Shown: piece by piece, positions 29,552 through 39,801 of the stretch | Numbering within the stretch: the first letter of the stretch is position 1 | Layout of the letters: every line of letters begins with the position of its first letter | Source of the DNA: Acutalibacteraceae bacterium | Lineage (GTDB): Bacteria; Actinomycetota; Coriobacteriia; Coriobacteriales; Atopobiaceae | NCBI GenBank assembly: GCA_963639715.1 | Contig: CAVHWW010000047.1 | Coordinates: 1 to 48,199, forward strand | Direction: 5' to 3' | DNA length: 48,199 nucleotides | The notes under the pieces: generated by a model | Database searches by the model: none | What the model was told of the DNA's origin: nothing | Seen by the model: the letters and a program-made list of their open reading frames with translations, nothing else | Translations under genes and position numbers: made by a program

Positions 29552-29678
29552 GTTCGAAATGCGGAACTCCGTTCGCAGAGGATATTCTACCGTTCGCCCG
29601 CGTTTCACAACCGTTCACAGTCGCGCTAGTATTTTAGATACCAGGAAATCGGAATACCGTTCGCATATCGGAACGGTA
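29552..29678. promoter_or_regulatory. IclR-type operators and promoter of the uxaA-like operon
   Basis: GTTC-N8-GAAC at 29552-29567 and TACCGTTC-N8-GAACGGTA at 29655-29678; TTCACA-17-TAGTAT at 29604-29632. Confidence 0.65.
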
Positions 29679-29691
29679 CCAAGGAGGATGC

Positions 29692-31218
29692 ATGACCCGC
29701 ACGGATGAGCAGCAGCGCAACGCCGTCGTCATTGACGAGAAGGACAACGTCGTCATTGCCATCTATCAGCTGAAGGCCGGTGACGAGGTCCGCTATCCCG
29801 CGCCGGATGGCACGCTTGCCACCTTCACCACCACCCAGGACATCCCCCTGTTCCACAAGATTGCCCGCGCCGACATCGCCGCCGGCGAGAAGGTCGTGAA
29901 GTACGGCGAGTTCATCGGCGTCGCCACGACCGACATCCACGTGGGCGACCACGTCCACACCCACAACTGCGAGAGCACCGACGCCCTCAAGGACGGCGTG
30001 GAGGAGGACACCACTGTCTCTGGCTCCAAGCAGGCCGCTCCCACCAAGTGCACCCGCACCTTCCGTGGCTACCGTCGCGCCGACGGCACGGTGGGCATCC
30101 GCAACCACGTACTGATCCTCCCCACGAGCATCTGCGCCTCCGACACCACCGAGCGCATCGCCCGCGCCGTTGAGGGCTGCGTCACCTTCCACAACCAGAA
30201 CGGCTGCAGCCAGGTGAACATCGACCAGCAGATGACGGTCGACACCCTCGCCGGCCTTGCCGCCAACCCCAACATCCACTCCGTTCTCGCCGTCTCCCTC
30301 GGCTGCGAGGGCTGCCAGAACGACCTCGTGGTCGACGCCATCGCCCAGCGCACCAACAAGGAGGTCCGCTCGCTGGTCATCCAGCAGGTCGGCGGCTCCA
30401 TCCGCGCGGTGGAGGAGGGCACCCGCATCGCCCGCGAGCTCGTGCGCAAGGCCAGCACTTGCGAGCGCGAGGAGTGCGGCATTGACGAGCTCATTTTCGG
30501 CACCAACTGCGGCGGCTCCGACACCTCCTCCGGCCTGGGCTCCAACCCGCTGATCGGCGAGGTCTCCGACTGGATGGTCTCCCAGGGTGCTACCACGGTT
30601 CTGTGCGAGACGCCCGAGATCTTCGGCGGCGAACACATTCTGGCCCGTCGCGCCAAGTCGCCCGAGGTGGGCGAGCAGCTGCTCAAGATCGTCTATGACT
30701 ACGAGAAGTACGTGCAGATGTTCGGCGCCGAGATGCGCGAGGGCAACCCCAGCCCCGGCAACATGGCTGGCGGCCTGACCACCCTCGAGGAGAAGTCGCT
30801 CGGCTGCATCCACAAGGCCGGCCACTCCACCATCAACGCCGTCTACCCCTACGCGGCCCAGCTCAAGAGCCACGAGGGCCTCGTCGTCATGGACACCCCC
30901 GGCAACGACCCCTCCAGCGTTGGCGGCATCATCGCCGGCGGCTGCCAGCTCGTTGTCTTCTCCACTGGCCTTGGCACGCCTACGGGCAACGCCATCGCCC
31001 CGGTGCTTCGCATCACGGCCAACGGTCGCACGGCTAAGACCATGGCCGACAACATCGACTTTGACGCGCAGGGCACCATCTACGGCCCCCAGACCATGGA
31101 GGAGCTGCGCGACGCACTCATCGACCAGATCATCGCCGTCTGCAACGGCGAGCCCACCTGCGCCGAGGCCCTCGGCTACACCGAGACGGCCCTGCCGCAC
31201 CTGTGCAACTACATGTAA
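29692..31218 (+). CDS. UxaA/GarD-family dehydratase with N-terminal SAF domain (putative L-fuconate/D-arabinonate dehydratase)
   Basis: DNVVIA, HKIA, KYGEFIG, HVHTHN, GIRNH, NCGGSD, GGLTTLEEKSLG; substrate inferred from neighbours. Confidence 0.88.
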   Translation: MTRTDEQQRNAVVIDEKDNVVIAIYQLKAGDEVRYPAPDGTLATFTTTQDIPLFHKIARADIAAGEKVVKYGEFIGVATTDIHVGDHVHTHNCESTDALKDGVEEDTTVSGSKQAAPTKCTRTFRGYRRADGTVGIRNHVLILPTSICASDTTERIARAVEGCVTFHNQNGCSQVNIDQQMTVDTLAGLAANPNIHSVLAVSLGCEGCQNDLVVDAIAQRTNKEVRSLVIQQVGGSIRAVEEGTRIARELVRKASTCEREECGIDELIFGTNCGGSDTSSGLGSNPLIGEVSDWMVSQGATTVLCETPEIFGGEHILARRAKSPEVGEQLLKIVYDYEKYVQMFGAEMREGNPSPGNMAGGLTTLEEKSLGCIHKAGHSTINAVYPYAAQLKSHEGLVVMDTPGNDPSSVGGIIAGGCQLVVFSTGLGTPTGNAIAPVLRITANGRTAKTMADNIDFDAQGTIYGPQTMEELRDALIDQIIAVCNGEPTCAEALGYTETALPHLCNYM

Positions 31219-31377
31219 GACCTGCCTCGCTGCCGTAAGGCGGCGGGCAACCCCGCGCCCCTAGGCGCACCACTTTGGTTCAAACGCGGAAGGGACACCG
31301 CGTCGGAACGGCCCCACCCCCTTGGGGCCCATAACGTAAATGCCCGGGTACCGGGCGTATAGAGAGAGGGAACTACC

Positions 31378-32169
31378 ATGGATCTGCATCTCGAGGGCAA
31401 GGTTATCTTCGTCACCGGCGGCTTCAAGGGCATCGGCAAGGGCATTGTCATGCAGCTCGCCCAGGAGGGCGCCATCCCCGTGGTCCTGAACCGCAAGGAC
31501 GGTGTCGAGGACGAGTTCCGCGCCGAGATCTCCAAGGTCACCGACACCTACGAGATCTTCTACATCGACCTTAACGATACCGACGCCATCAAGCCGATCG
31601 TCGACGAGGTCTACGCCAAGTACGGCCACATCGACGGCGTGGTTAACAACGCCGGCCGCAACGACAACCTCGAGCTCGAGACCACCAGCTGGCAGGAGTT
31701 CGAGAAGTCCCTCCACGGCAACCTCACCCACTACTTCGAGCTCGTCCACGAGACCTGCCCGTACCTCAAGGAGTCCAAGGGCTCCATCGTGAACATCGCC
31801 TCCAAGGTGGCCCTCACCGGCCAGGGCAAGACCTCTGCCTACGCCGCCGCCAAGGGCGCCATCCTCGGCCTCACCCGCGAGTGGGCTGCTGCCCTCGTCC
31901 ACGACTCCGTCCGCGTCAACGCCATCGTTGTCGCTGAGGCCTGGACCCCGCTGTACGCCAACTGGATCAAGACCTTTGGTGACGAGGAGGCCCAGCAGAA
32001 GCGTCTCGCCCTCATCACCGACCGTATCCCCCTGGAGCACCGCATGACCTCCGTCGAGGAGATCGCCGACACCACCTGCTTCCTGCTCTCCGACCGCTCC
32101 AGCCACACCACCGGCCAGTGGTGCAACGTTGACGGTGGCTACGTCAACCTCGACCGCTCCCTCGACTAG
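31378..32169 (+). CDS. SDR oxidoreductase, putative L-fucose dehydrogenase
   Basis: TGGFKGIG, NNAG, YAAAKG, LTREWA; adjacent to fucP and a lactonase-type amidohydrolase. Confidence 0.85.
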   Translation: MDLHLEGKVIFVTGGFKGIGKGIVMQLAQEGAIPVVLNRKDGVEDEFRAEISKVTDTYEIFYIDLNDTDAIKPIVDEVYAKYGHIDGVVNNAGRNDNLELETTSWQEFEKSLHGNLTHYFELVHETCPYLKESKGSIVNIASKVALTGQGKTSAYAAAKGAILGLTREWAAALVHDSVRVNAIVVAEAWTPLYANWIKTFGDEEAQQKRLALITDRIPLEHRMTSVEEIADTTCFLLSDRSSHTTGQWCNVDGGYVNLDRSLD

Positions 32170-32196
32170 TCGAGCGAACCACAGAGGAGTACGTAG

Positions 32197-33462
32197 ATGT
32201 CTGATTCTTCCAAGAGCGTCAGCTCCAAGGGCTCGGCGGCTACCGTTGCCATCGTCCTTGTGACCTCGCTGTTCTTCGTCTGGGGCCTGACCATGAACCT
32301 GGTCAACGCCCTCAACAGCCCGATGGCCAACTACCTCGAGCTGTCCGGCACCGAGGCCTCGCTTCTGCAGGTGGCCTACTACGGCGCCTACTTCGTGATG
32401 GCCATCCCGGCCTCCATCGTGGCCAAGAAGTTTGGCTACAAGGGCGGCGTCATCATGGGCCTCGGCCTGTTCGTCATCGGCTCGCTCATCACCGTGCCTG
32501 CCACCAACGTCGCCTCCTACGCGATGTTCCTGCTCGCCATGTTCGTGATTGCAGCCGGCGCCTCCACGCTCGAGACCAACTGCAACCCCTACATCACCAA
32601 GCTGGGTGACGAGGAGCACGAGTCCATGCGACTCAACCTCGCCCAGTCCTTCAACGGCGTCGGCAACATCGTCGGCCCGCTGATCCTGGCCCAGTTCCTC
32701 GGCACCACCGTCGCCGCTGGCGAGCCGGGCTTTGCCGAGGCCAAGCTCTCCTTCCTCTCCAGCATGCGTGGCATGTACATCGTCATCGCCGTCGTGCTGG
32801 CCGTGGTCCTGGCTGTCTTCGTCTTCGTGAAGCTCCCCACGCCTCCCGGTGACGAGCAGGAGGCCGCCGGCTCCGAGGAGAAGGTCTCCTTCGGCGACAT
32901 GCTCAAGCGCCCCTACTTTGCCCTGGGCGTTCTGGCCGAGTTCATCTTCATCGGCCTGCAGGTCGCTGGCATGTCTCTGTTCTCCAGCTTTGCCATGCAG
33001 CAGTGGGAGGGCATGACCGCCGGCACCGCCGCGACCTACCTCTCCATCCTGTCGCTGCTGTTCACCGTGGGCCGCTTCGTCTCCACGCCCATCATGGCCA
33101 AGGTTGACGCCGGCAAGCTCCTGGGCGTCTACATGACCGCCTCCGCCGTGCTGTTCTTCGTGGCCTTCCTCGGCCTCGGCCCCGTGAGCGTCATCGCCAT
33201 GATCGTGTCCTACCTGTTCGTCTCCATTGGCTACCCGGTGGTCTTCTCGCTGACCCTCACCGGCTTCCAGGGCACCGCCGTCAAGACCGGCTCCTCCGCC
33301 CTCGTGATGTCGATCGTGGGCGCCGCCCTGATCCCGCTGCTGATGAGCGCCATCGCTGACGCCGCTGGCATCAACATTGCCCTGCTCGTCGCGGTTCCCG
33401 GCTTCCTGTATGTCGCTTGGTACGGCCTGTTCGGCTCCAAGCTCGGCCTGGAGAGGAAGTAA
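32197..33462 (+). CDS. fucP: FucP-family MFS sugar:H+ symporter (L-fucose permease-like)
   Basis: SLFFVWG, LQVAYYGAYF, GYKGG, LETNCNPY, RLNLAQSFNG, MSIVGAALIP. Confidence 0.85.
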   Translation: MSDSSKSVSSKGSAATVAIVLVTSLFFVWGLTMNLVNALNSPMANYLELSGTEASLLQVAYYGAYFVMAIPASIVAKKFGYKGGVIMGLGLFVIGSLITVPATNVASYAMFLLAMFVIAAGASTLETNCNPYITKLGDEEHESMRLNLAQSFNGVGNIVGPLILAQFLGTTVAAGEPGFAEAKLSFLSSMRGMYIVIAVVLAVVLAVFVFVKLPTPPGDEQEAAGSEEKVSFGDMLKRPYFALGVLAEFIFIGLQVAGMSLFSSFAMQQWEGMTAGTAATYLSILSLLFTVGRFVSTPIMAKVDAGKLLGVYMTASAVLFFVAFLGLGPVSVIAMIVSYLFVSIGYPVVFSLTLTGFQGTAVKTGSSALVMSIVGAALIPLLMSAIADAAGINIALLVAVPGFLYVAWYGLFGSKLGLERK

Positions 33463-33464
33463 CC

Positions 33465-34259
33465 ATGGCACTTAAGGTCATCGATTCGCACTTCCACGTC
33501 TGGAACCTCGAGACCCAGGACCTCCCCTGGCTGGAGGGCACCGACGGCACCATCACCCACACCTACAAGATGGCTGACCTCGAGACCGAGTACGCCCGCC
33601 AGGCCGGCATCGAGTTCGTCGGTGGCGTGTACGTCGAGGTCGACTGCGCCGATCACGTGGGCGAGGACAAGATCGCCTACGACATCATGCAGGAAGACCC
33701 CAAGATGCTTGCCTGCATGCTGCGCAGCGACGTCTCGCCCTGGATGCGCGTTCCGGCCTTCGCCGCCGGCATCCGCGAGCCGCTCCACATCGACTCCGAG
33801 CCCAAGGGCCGCTGCCTTGAGCCGAGCTTCGTGGCTGGTCTTCACGCCATGGCCGAGAAGGGCCTGCCCTTCGAGTCCTGCAACCGCGTGGACGAGCTTG
33901 AGGACGCCTACGAGGCCTTTGCCCAGGCTCCCGAGGAGACCATCATCCTCAACCACCTCGGCAACGTTGAGGCCCTCACGCCCGAGTGGTGCGAGGTCAT
34001 GAAGAAGTTCGCCACCCTGCCGAACCTCTACATGAAGGTCTCGGGCTACGCCACGGCCGACAAGCAGTTCGTCTCCGAGCTGCTCAAGTTCACCCGTGAC
34101 ACCTTTGCGCCCGACAAGCTCCTCTACGCCTCCAACTGGCCGGTCGTGAAGCTGTACTCCAGCTTTGACGAGCACTTCCAGATCCTGCGTGACGAGTTTG
34201 GCGACGACGAGGACTTCTTCATGAACAACGCCGTCCGCGCCTACGGTCTTAAGCTCTAA
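33465..34259 (+). CDS. Amidohydrolase-2 family, putative L-fuconolactonase
   Basis: IDSHFHVW, ILNHLG, YMKVSG, ASNWP, NNAVRAY; ATG 33465. Confidence 0.83.
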   Translation: MALKVIDSHFHVWNLETQDLPWLEGTDGTITHTYKMADLETEYARQAGIEFVGGVYVEVDCADHVGEDKIAYDIMQEDPKMLACMLRSDVSPWMRVPAFAAGIREPLHIDSEPKGRCLEPSFVAGLHAMAEKGLPFESCNRVDELEDAYEAFAQAPEETIILNHLGNVEALTPEWCEVMKKFATLPNLYMKVSGYATADKQFVSELLKFTRDTFAPDKLLYASNWPVVKLYSSFDEHFQILRDEFGDDEDFFMNNAVRAYGLKL

Positions 34260-34427
34260 GCTCGAGTTTTCGAGTTGACGCGCCGGGGGTCATTCGTGGC
34301 CCCCGGCGCTTCTCGCCCAAGGGCGGCGTTTTCGCGCCCGCCTGGCGAGCGGGGGATTTCAAGCCATGCTTCGCAGCGTTTGCGGAGCGAGAGTTCTACC
34401 GGGGTTTTGCCCCAGAAGGAGAGACAC

Positions 34428-35306
34428 ATGTTTGAGGGCATCTTCTGCCCCACCATCACCATCCTCGATGATGAGGGCAAGATCGACTACGAGCTTTGGG
34501 GCAAGCACCTCGACCACCTCGCCGAGGCTGGCCTGAACGGCGTTCTGCTGTTCGGTTCCATCGGTGAGTTCTACAGCGTCACGCTCGAGGACAAGAAGGC
34601 TGCTACCGAGTTCGCCGTCAAGCGCGTGGGCGATCGCATGAAGGTCTTCATCGGTGTGGGTGACACGAACTACGACAACGTGCTCGAGCTCACCCGTTTT
34701 GCCGAGGAAGCCGGCGCCGACGCCGTCCTCGCCGTCTCTCCGTACTACTTTGGCCCCACCGACGCCGCTGCCATGAAGTACTTCGGCGGCATCGCCGAGG
34801 CCACTGAGCTGCCGGTTATTCTCTACAACTTCCCGGCTCGCACCGGCACCGACCTTTCGCCCGAGCTCGTCGCCAAGCTTGCCGCCGCACACAAGAACAT
34901 CTGCGGCATCAAGGACACGGTCGACACCATCAGCCACACGCGCAAGGTCATCCGTGCTGCCCGTGCCGTGAACCCCGAGTTCACCGTCTTCTCCGGCTTT
35001 GACGAGTACTACCTCGTCAACCGCGTGAGCGGCGGCAACGGCGTGCTGTGTGGCCTCACCAACGTGGAGCCCGAGCTCTTCGCCAAGATGCACGCTGCCT
35101 ACGAGGACGGCGAGCTGTCTGTGGCCATCGAGTGCGCCGAGCGCATCTCCAAGCTCATGGCCGTCTACGACGTCTGCGACCTGTTTGTCTCCGCCATCAA
35201 GGGTGCCGTCAACGTGAAGGGCCTGCCGATCTGCACTAAGATCTTTGAGCCTGCCGTCAACGTCACCGACGAGCAGATGGACGAGATTCGCGAGCTGCTC
35301 GCCTAG
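34428..35306 (+). CDS. DHDPS/NAL-family class I aldolase, putative 2-keto-3-deoxy-L-fuconate aldolase
   Basis: GSIGEF, LYNFP (Tyr), GIKDT (Schiff-base Lys); ATG 34428 after AAGGAG. Confidence 0.83.
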   Translation: MFEGIFCPTITILDDEGKIDYELWGKHLDHLAEAGLNGVLLFGSIGEFYSVTLEDKKAATEFAVKRVGDRMKVFIGVGDTNYDNVLELTRFAEEAGADAVLAVSPYYFGPTDAAAMKYFGGIAEATELPVILYNFPARTGTDLSPELVAKLAAAHKNICGIKDTVDTISHTRKVIRAARAVNPEFTVFSGFDEYYLVNRVSGGNGVLCGLTNVEPELFAKMHAAYEDGELSVAIECAERISKLMAVYDVCDLFVSAIKGAVNVKGLPICTKIFEPAVNVTDEQMDEIRELLA

Positions 35307-35430
35307 TTTGAACTGTGGCTCAAAGCTCGGTTCCCCTTGCCTAGGGCTTTGAGCTGCTATTTATTGGCAGGTTGCCTTGTTTGCTCACGGTTTGAGCTGA
35401 ACTGTAATGCAGCTGCCAATACGTGCCAAC

Positions 35431-35475
35431 AAGAATCGCCCCGCTTCTATTTGGGAAGCGGGGCGACTCTTTTTT
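35431..35475 (+). terminator. Terminator between the fucose-type operon and convergent galT
   Basis: TCGCCCCGCTTC/GAAGCGGGGCGA stem followed by CTCTTTTTT. Confidence 0.8.
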
Positions 35476-35581
35476 ATATGGCGGTTGGCCTGCGATTTAG
35501 CTTCTAAAGTCGCAGGGGCCTTTGGGCTCAAAGGGTCGCGAGCGTGAAGCGATTGCGCGCCGTGCGCCTTTGGTTGCGACC

Positions 35582-37180
35582 CTACAGGCTCTCAATAAAG
35601 CGCTGGCAGGCGGCTCGTCCGGCCTCGTCCCATTTGAAGACGCCGGCGTTCTCGAGCACGTGGCCAAAGACCGCGCCGACCTCCTCGTGGAGCACCTCAA
35701 GCGCGTTGTCCTCGGTAAGCTCGCTGCCGCGGCGCTCGTACACCTCGGCTGCCCAGGCTGCGTGGCTGGCCGTAAGCTCGTCTTCGTTCAGGCCTTCGAC
35801 GTCGCCGGCAAGCAGGTATTTGGCCACGGCATTAAGCTCGGGAACCAGGCGCGGAGGCAAGATGGCCAGGCCCATGACCTCGATAAGGCCGATGTTCTCC
35901 TTCTTGATGTGGTGGTACTCGGCGTGCGGGTGGAAGACCCCGAGCGGGTGCTCGTCGGTGGTGATGTTGCAGCGAAGGGCAAGGTAGGCCTCGTAGAGCT
36001 CGCCGCCAACGTAGCCCTGTGCGTTGACCCTGCGTATGACGGGCGTCACGGTGTTGTGGCGCGTGCCGTCGGCCTCGTTTGCGATGATGCCCACGGTCGC
36101 GTCTGACCAGGTGCGCCACACGTCGATGACGTAAGTCGCTGCATCGAGCAGCTTGTCCCTGCTGGCGCTACGAAGGCGCAACACGGAGAGCGGCCACTCG
36201 AGCACGGCGCCCTCGACATCGGGGAAGCTCGAAAGCTCAAACTCGGCCGCAACCTTGGCCTGCATCATCGGGAACTCGTGGGCGCCGCCCTGGAAGTGGT
36301 CGTGCGACAGAATCGAGCCGCCCACGATGGGCAGGTCGGCGTTGGAGCCAATGAAGTAGTCGGGTACCGTGTCCACAAAGTCCAACAGGCAGGTGAGCGC
36401 CGCGCGGTCGATGTGCATGGGACGGTGGTGCGAGCTCATGGCAATGCAGTGCTCGTTGAAGTAGGCATAAGGGGAGTACTGCAGGCCCCAGCGCTCGCCT
36501 CCGAGCGTGATGGGGACGATGCGCAGGTTCTGGCGCGCGGGGTGAGCGCCGCCTTCCGCGCTGGCCGCACGGCCTGCGTAGCCTTCATTTTCGATGCAGA
36601 GCTGGCAGGCGGGATACTTCTCGCCGGTGTTCTTGGCAGCTCCCGCGGCGGCAATTTCGCGCGGATCCTTCTCGGGCTTGGAGAGGTTGATCGTAATCTC
36701 AAGGCCGCCCCAGCGCGTTGGCGTGACCCACTCGATGTTTCTTGCGATGGCCGAACGGCGCACGTAGCCGGCGTCGCAGCACAGCTGGTAGAACCAGTCC
36801 GTTGCAGCCTTGGGGCCCTCGCTTGCGGCAAGCTCGTCAAAGCGGCGGGAGACCTCGGAGGGTTTGGGCATGAGCAAGCCCATCGCCCGGCAGGCAGCGC
36901 GGTCACGTCCGCTAGCCGTATCGTCGGCGACGCTGTTTTCCACAGCTGCCTCGGCAATGGTGGCCAGCGTGGCGTCGAGGTCAAAGCTGGGGTCGGCCTC
37001 GGGCTCGCCTTCGGCAAGCACCCAGCTTTCGAGCGGGGCGGGGCCAGGGGCGCCTGCGCACTCAAGCACGGCGTTATACGACCACACGCGGTCGCCTGCC
37101 TCCTGCAAGCCGCAGGCCGCGGCATAGCTCACGAGCGCCTGCGCGGCGTCGCGGAGCTTCTCTGGATCGGTTAGAGCCAT
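35582..37180 (-). CDS. galT: Galactose-1-phosphate uridylyltransferase, type II (Firmicutes-like)
   Basis: ITINLSKPEKDP, YPACQLCIENEGY, QYSPY.YFNEHCI, GSNADLPIVGGSILSHDHFQGG, HHIKKENIGLIEVMG. Confidence 0.95.
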   Translation of the reverse strand: MALTDPEKLRDAAQALVSYAAACGLQEAGDRVWSYNAVLECAGAPGPAPLESWVLAEGEPEADPSFDLDATLATIAEAAVENSVADDTASGRDRAACRAMGLLMPKPSEVSRRFDELAASEGPKAATDWFYQLCCDAGYVRRSAIARNIEWVTPTRWGGLEITINLSKPEKDPREIAAAGAAKNTGEKYPACQLCIENEGYAGRAASAEGGAHPARQNLRIVPITLGGERWGLQYSPYAYFNEHCIAMSSHHRPMHIDRAALTCLLDFVDTVPDYFIGSNADLPIVGGSILSHDHFQGGAHEFPMMQAKVAAEFELSSFPDVEGAVLEWPLSVLRLRSASRDKLLDAATYVIDVWRTWSDATVGIIANEADGTRHNTVTPVIRRVNAQGYVGGELYEAYLALRCNITTDEHPLGVFHPHAEYHHIKKENIGLIEVMGLAILPPRLVPELNAVAKYLLAGDVEGLNEDELTASHAAWAAEVYERRGSELTEDNALEVLHEEVGAVFGHVLENAGVFKWDEAGRAACQRFIESL

Positions 37181-38379
37181 TCGGCGTACGCCCCCTCGTC
37201 GGTGACCTGGTGGCGGCGGGAAGAACCCTCGCCCAGCCAGGCGTCCATCTTCTCCATGAAGTCGTCGACCATGTCGAGCGGAACAAAGACCTGGATGGTG
37301 CCGCCAAAGCCGCCGCCGTGGATGCGGGCGCCACCGCGGCCGTCCAGGATGTGCTCGGCCAGGGCAAGCGCGTACATGGCCGGCTGCTCGCGGCCAAGCT
37401 CGGCCACGACGTTCTGCAAGTACATCGCCGAGCTCGCGCTGCTCGCGCGGTGCAGGGCCACGAAGGCATCGACGTCGCCGGCCTTGAGGGCCTCCCAGCG
37501 CTTGTCCACCAGGTCGTTCTCGTACCAGTAGTGTACGCAGCGCATGATGGCACGGTCACCGAACTCGGCCGTGAGCTCGGGGATCTTGGCGTCGAACTCG
37601 GCCTTGTCCACCTCGCACAGGCGCGTGTGGCCGAGCTTGGCGGCCACGGCCTGCATCTCGGCGGGCACCGAGGCGTAGTCGTCGGTTGAGGCGGCGTGGT
37701 CGGCGCCCACCTTCACGAGCACGAGGGCGTAGCCGTGGTCCTCAAAGTTCAGCTCGAGCTTCTCGGTCTGGGGCTGCTCGAGGTCCTCGAAGTTCATGAA
37801 CGCAAGGCCGCCCAGGCAGACGGCCGCCTGGTCCATGAGGCCGCAGGGCTTGCCGTAGTAGATGTTCTCGGCGCGCTGGCTCATCTGGGCAAGCACTACG
37901 GGCTCGGCGGGCTCTGCGCCCCAAAGGGCTTCCATCACACGGCCCCAGATGCCCTCGCAGGCAGCCGAGCTCGAAAGGCCGCCGCCGAGCGGCACGTTGC
38001 AGGTCATGGCGAGGTCAAAGCCCGCGGGCTTGCCGCCCCTGGCTGCGACCTCGTGGGCCATGCCACGCAGGATGGCCGCCGTCTTGCCAACCTCTTCGTC
38101 AACGGGCTCGAGCGAGGTGAGGTCGACCTCAACCAGCGGACGCCCTTCGGAATAAAGGCGCAGGATGTTGGTGCCGTTTGCCACGGCGAGGCCATCGGCC
38201 GAGACGTCGAGGGCCGCCGCAATCACGTGACCTCCCTCGTGGTCGGTGTGGTTGCCGGCCACCTCGGAGCGGCCAGGGGCGTGGGCGTAGAGGACGGGCC
38301 TGTCGCCGATGGGGCCGAAGGTCTCCTCAAAGAGCTTGGTGATGTGGCTGAGAAGCTCGGGCGTGGGTCGCGTGCTCAT
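37171..38379 (-). CDS. galK: Galactokinase
   Basis: APGRSEVAGNHTDH, PLGGGLSSSAA, GKPCGLMDQ, RIHGGGFGG; ATG 38379 after GAAAGGAAG. Confidence 0.94.
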   Translation of the reverse strand: MSTRPTPELLSHITKLFEETFGPIGDRPVLYAHAPGRSEVAGNHTDHEGGHVIAAALDVSADGLAVANGTNILRLYSEGRPLVEVDLTSLEPVDEEVGKTAAILRGMAHEVAARGGKPAGFDLAMTCNVPLGGGLSSSAACEGIWGRVMEALWGAEPAEPVVLAQMSQRAENIYYGKPCGLMDQAAVCLGGLAFMNFEDLEQPQTEKLELNFEDHGYALVLVKVGADHAASTDDYASVPAEMQAVAAKLGHTRLCEVDKAEFDAKIPELTAEFGDRAIMRCVHYWYENDLVDKRWEALKAGDVDAFVALHRASSASSAMYLQNVVAELGREQPAMYALALAEHILDGRGGARIHGGGFGGTIQVFVPLDMVDDFMEKMDAWLGEGSSRRHQVTDEGAYAEWL

Positions 38380-38550
38380 TCGGCTTCCTTTCTCTGTTTG
38401 GCGCTGGGCCGATGGTTTTCCGCGCGTAGGCGCGGTTGGGTTCCTGTTCTGTGCGGGTGGCGCGTGTTCTTGCACCTACCCTTGCCGTTTCGGCGCTGTG
38501 CGCGCCTTCTGCGGGCGTCCTGGCTGGGGCAATGCGGGTCCTTGCTCGCT

Positions 38551-39627
38551 CTACTCCTTCACGCTGAGGCGGTAGACGATGGTCTGCGAGTAGGGATGGC
38601 CCGGCTTGCAGACGGGGTGTGCCCAGTCCTCGTGACGGTTGTTGTTGGGCCAGTACTCCGGCTCAAAGGCAAAGCCGCAGTTGGGCGTATAGGTCGCGCC
38701 GTCCTTTGCGGGCGAATCGTCGAGCCAGTTGCCGGTGTAGAGGTGCGCGCCGGGCGTGGTGATGGAGATGTCGAGCGTGCGGCCGCTGACTGGGTCTTCG
38801 GCATGGAAGGCCGGCCTGGGGTCGGCACCCTCCTCAAAGCCGTCGACGCAGAAGCAGTGGTCATAGCCCTTACCCTGGATGAGCTGTGCGTCATCTGTTG
38901 CGATGTCTTGGCCGAGCGGCTTGGGACGGCGGAAGTCGAAGGGCGTGGCGGCTACGGGCCAAACCTCGCCAAGCGAGACGTTGTCGTCGCGCAGCGGCAA
39001 GAAGTTGTCGGCGTTGATGCAAACAACCTGGTCAAGTGCCTTGCCGCTGGCATGCCCGGCGAGGTTCCAGTAGGTGTGGGCCGTCATGTTCACGTAGGTC
39101 TCGGTGTCAGACTCGCAACCGTACGTGAGCGTGAGGGCTACGCCGCCCTTCTCGGCGGGGGAGAGGGCGTAGCGGGCGCAGAAGACGCGGTTGCCCGGCA
39201 GACCCAGCTCGCCATCTGCCAGCTTGCACGTGAAGGTGCAGCTGGTGCCGTCCTCGCTGGGGGCCGCCTCCCAAACGCGCTTGTGCAGGCCGTGGTCGAA
39301 GTCGCTGTGGTTGTTGTTGCGATTGCTCGGCCCGTCGTTTTTGGCCAGCTGGTAGGACTTGCCGGCGATGGTGAGCAGGCCGTCTTCCACGCGGTTTGCG
39401 GAAGGGCCGACGCTGCAGCCGTAGAACGCGGGGTCATTGAAGTAGCCCTCGAGTGTTCCGAACCCCAAGACAAGATCGGCGACGTTGCCTGATCCGTCCG
39501 GCGCGCTTGCCTCCAAAAGCGTGGCGCCAAAGTCCATGACGCGAACGGTGACATCTTCGCACCTAAGGGTGTAGACGCTTACGGGCGTGCCGTCCGGGGC
39601 CGTCCCAAAGGGTTGCTTTATATCCAT
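38551..39627 (-). CDS. galM: Aldose 1-epimerase (galactose mutarotase)
   Basis: FGATL, GPSANR, NMTAHTYWNL, TPFDFR, GYDHCF, YTGNWL. Confidence 0.94.
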   Translation of the reverse strand: MDIKQPFGTAPDGTPVSVYTLRCEDVTVRVMDFGATLLEASAPDGSGNVADLVLGFGTLEGYFNDPAFYGCSVGPSANRVEDGLLTIAGKSYQLAKNDGPSNRNNNHSDFDHGLHKRVWEAAPSEDGTSCTFTCKLADGELGLPGNRVFCARYALSPAEKGGVALTLTYGCESDTETYVNMTAHTYWNLAGHASGKALDQVVCINADNFLPLRDDNVSLGEVWPVAATPFDFRRPKPLGQDIATDDAQLIQGKGYDHCFCVDGFEEGADPRPAFHAEDPVSGRTLDISITTPGAHLYTGNWLDDSPAKDGATYTPNCGFAFEPEYWPNNNRHEDWAHPVCKPGHPYSQTIVYRLSVKE

Positions 39628-39787
39628 GACCTGCCTTCCTTGCGGTAGCTATCCAAGAGAAGCCATGTCCGCCATTCGCGCCTTGTCCGTCGCCGGCGTC
39701 GGACAAGGCCTTGCATTGGCGTGGCGCGCAGCCCTAGGGGAAGCTGAGCGCGCATCTGCATGGCTCCGCCAAAATGGCCGTGCATAA

Positions 39788-39801
39788 TGTTAACGTACTC
39801 A
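39788..39801. promoter_or_regulatory. LacI-family operator, galM/lacI divergent region
   Basis: TGTTAACGTACTCA, CG-centred pseudo-palindrome; identical copy at 42393. Confidence 0.75.

Noticed and set aside
34428..35306. Calling the DHDPS-family gene dapA (lysine biosynthesis)
   Set aside because: GSIGE rather than GTTGE, plus sugar-catabolic context, favours a keto-deoxy acid aldolase
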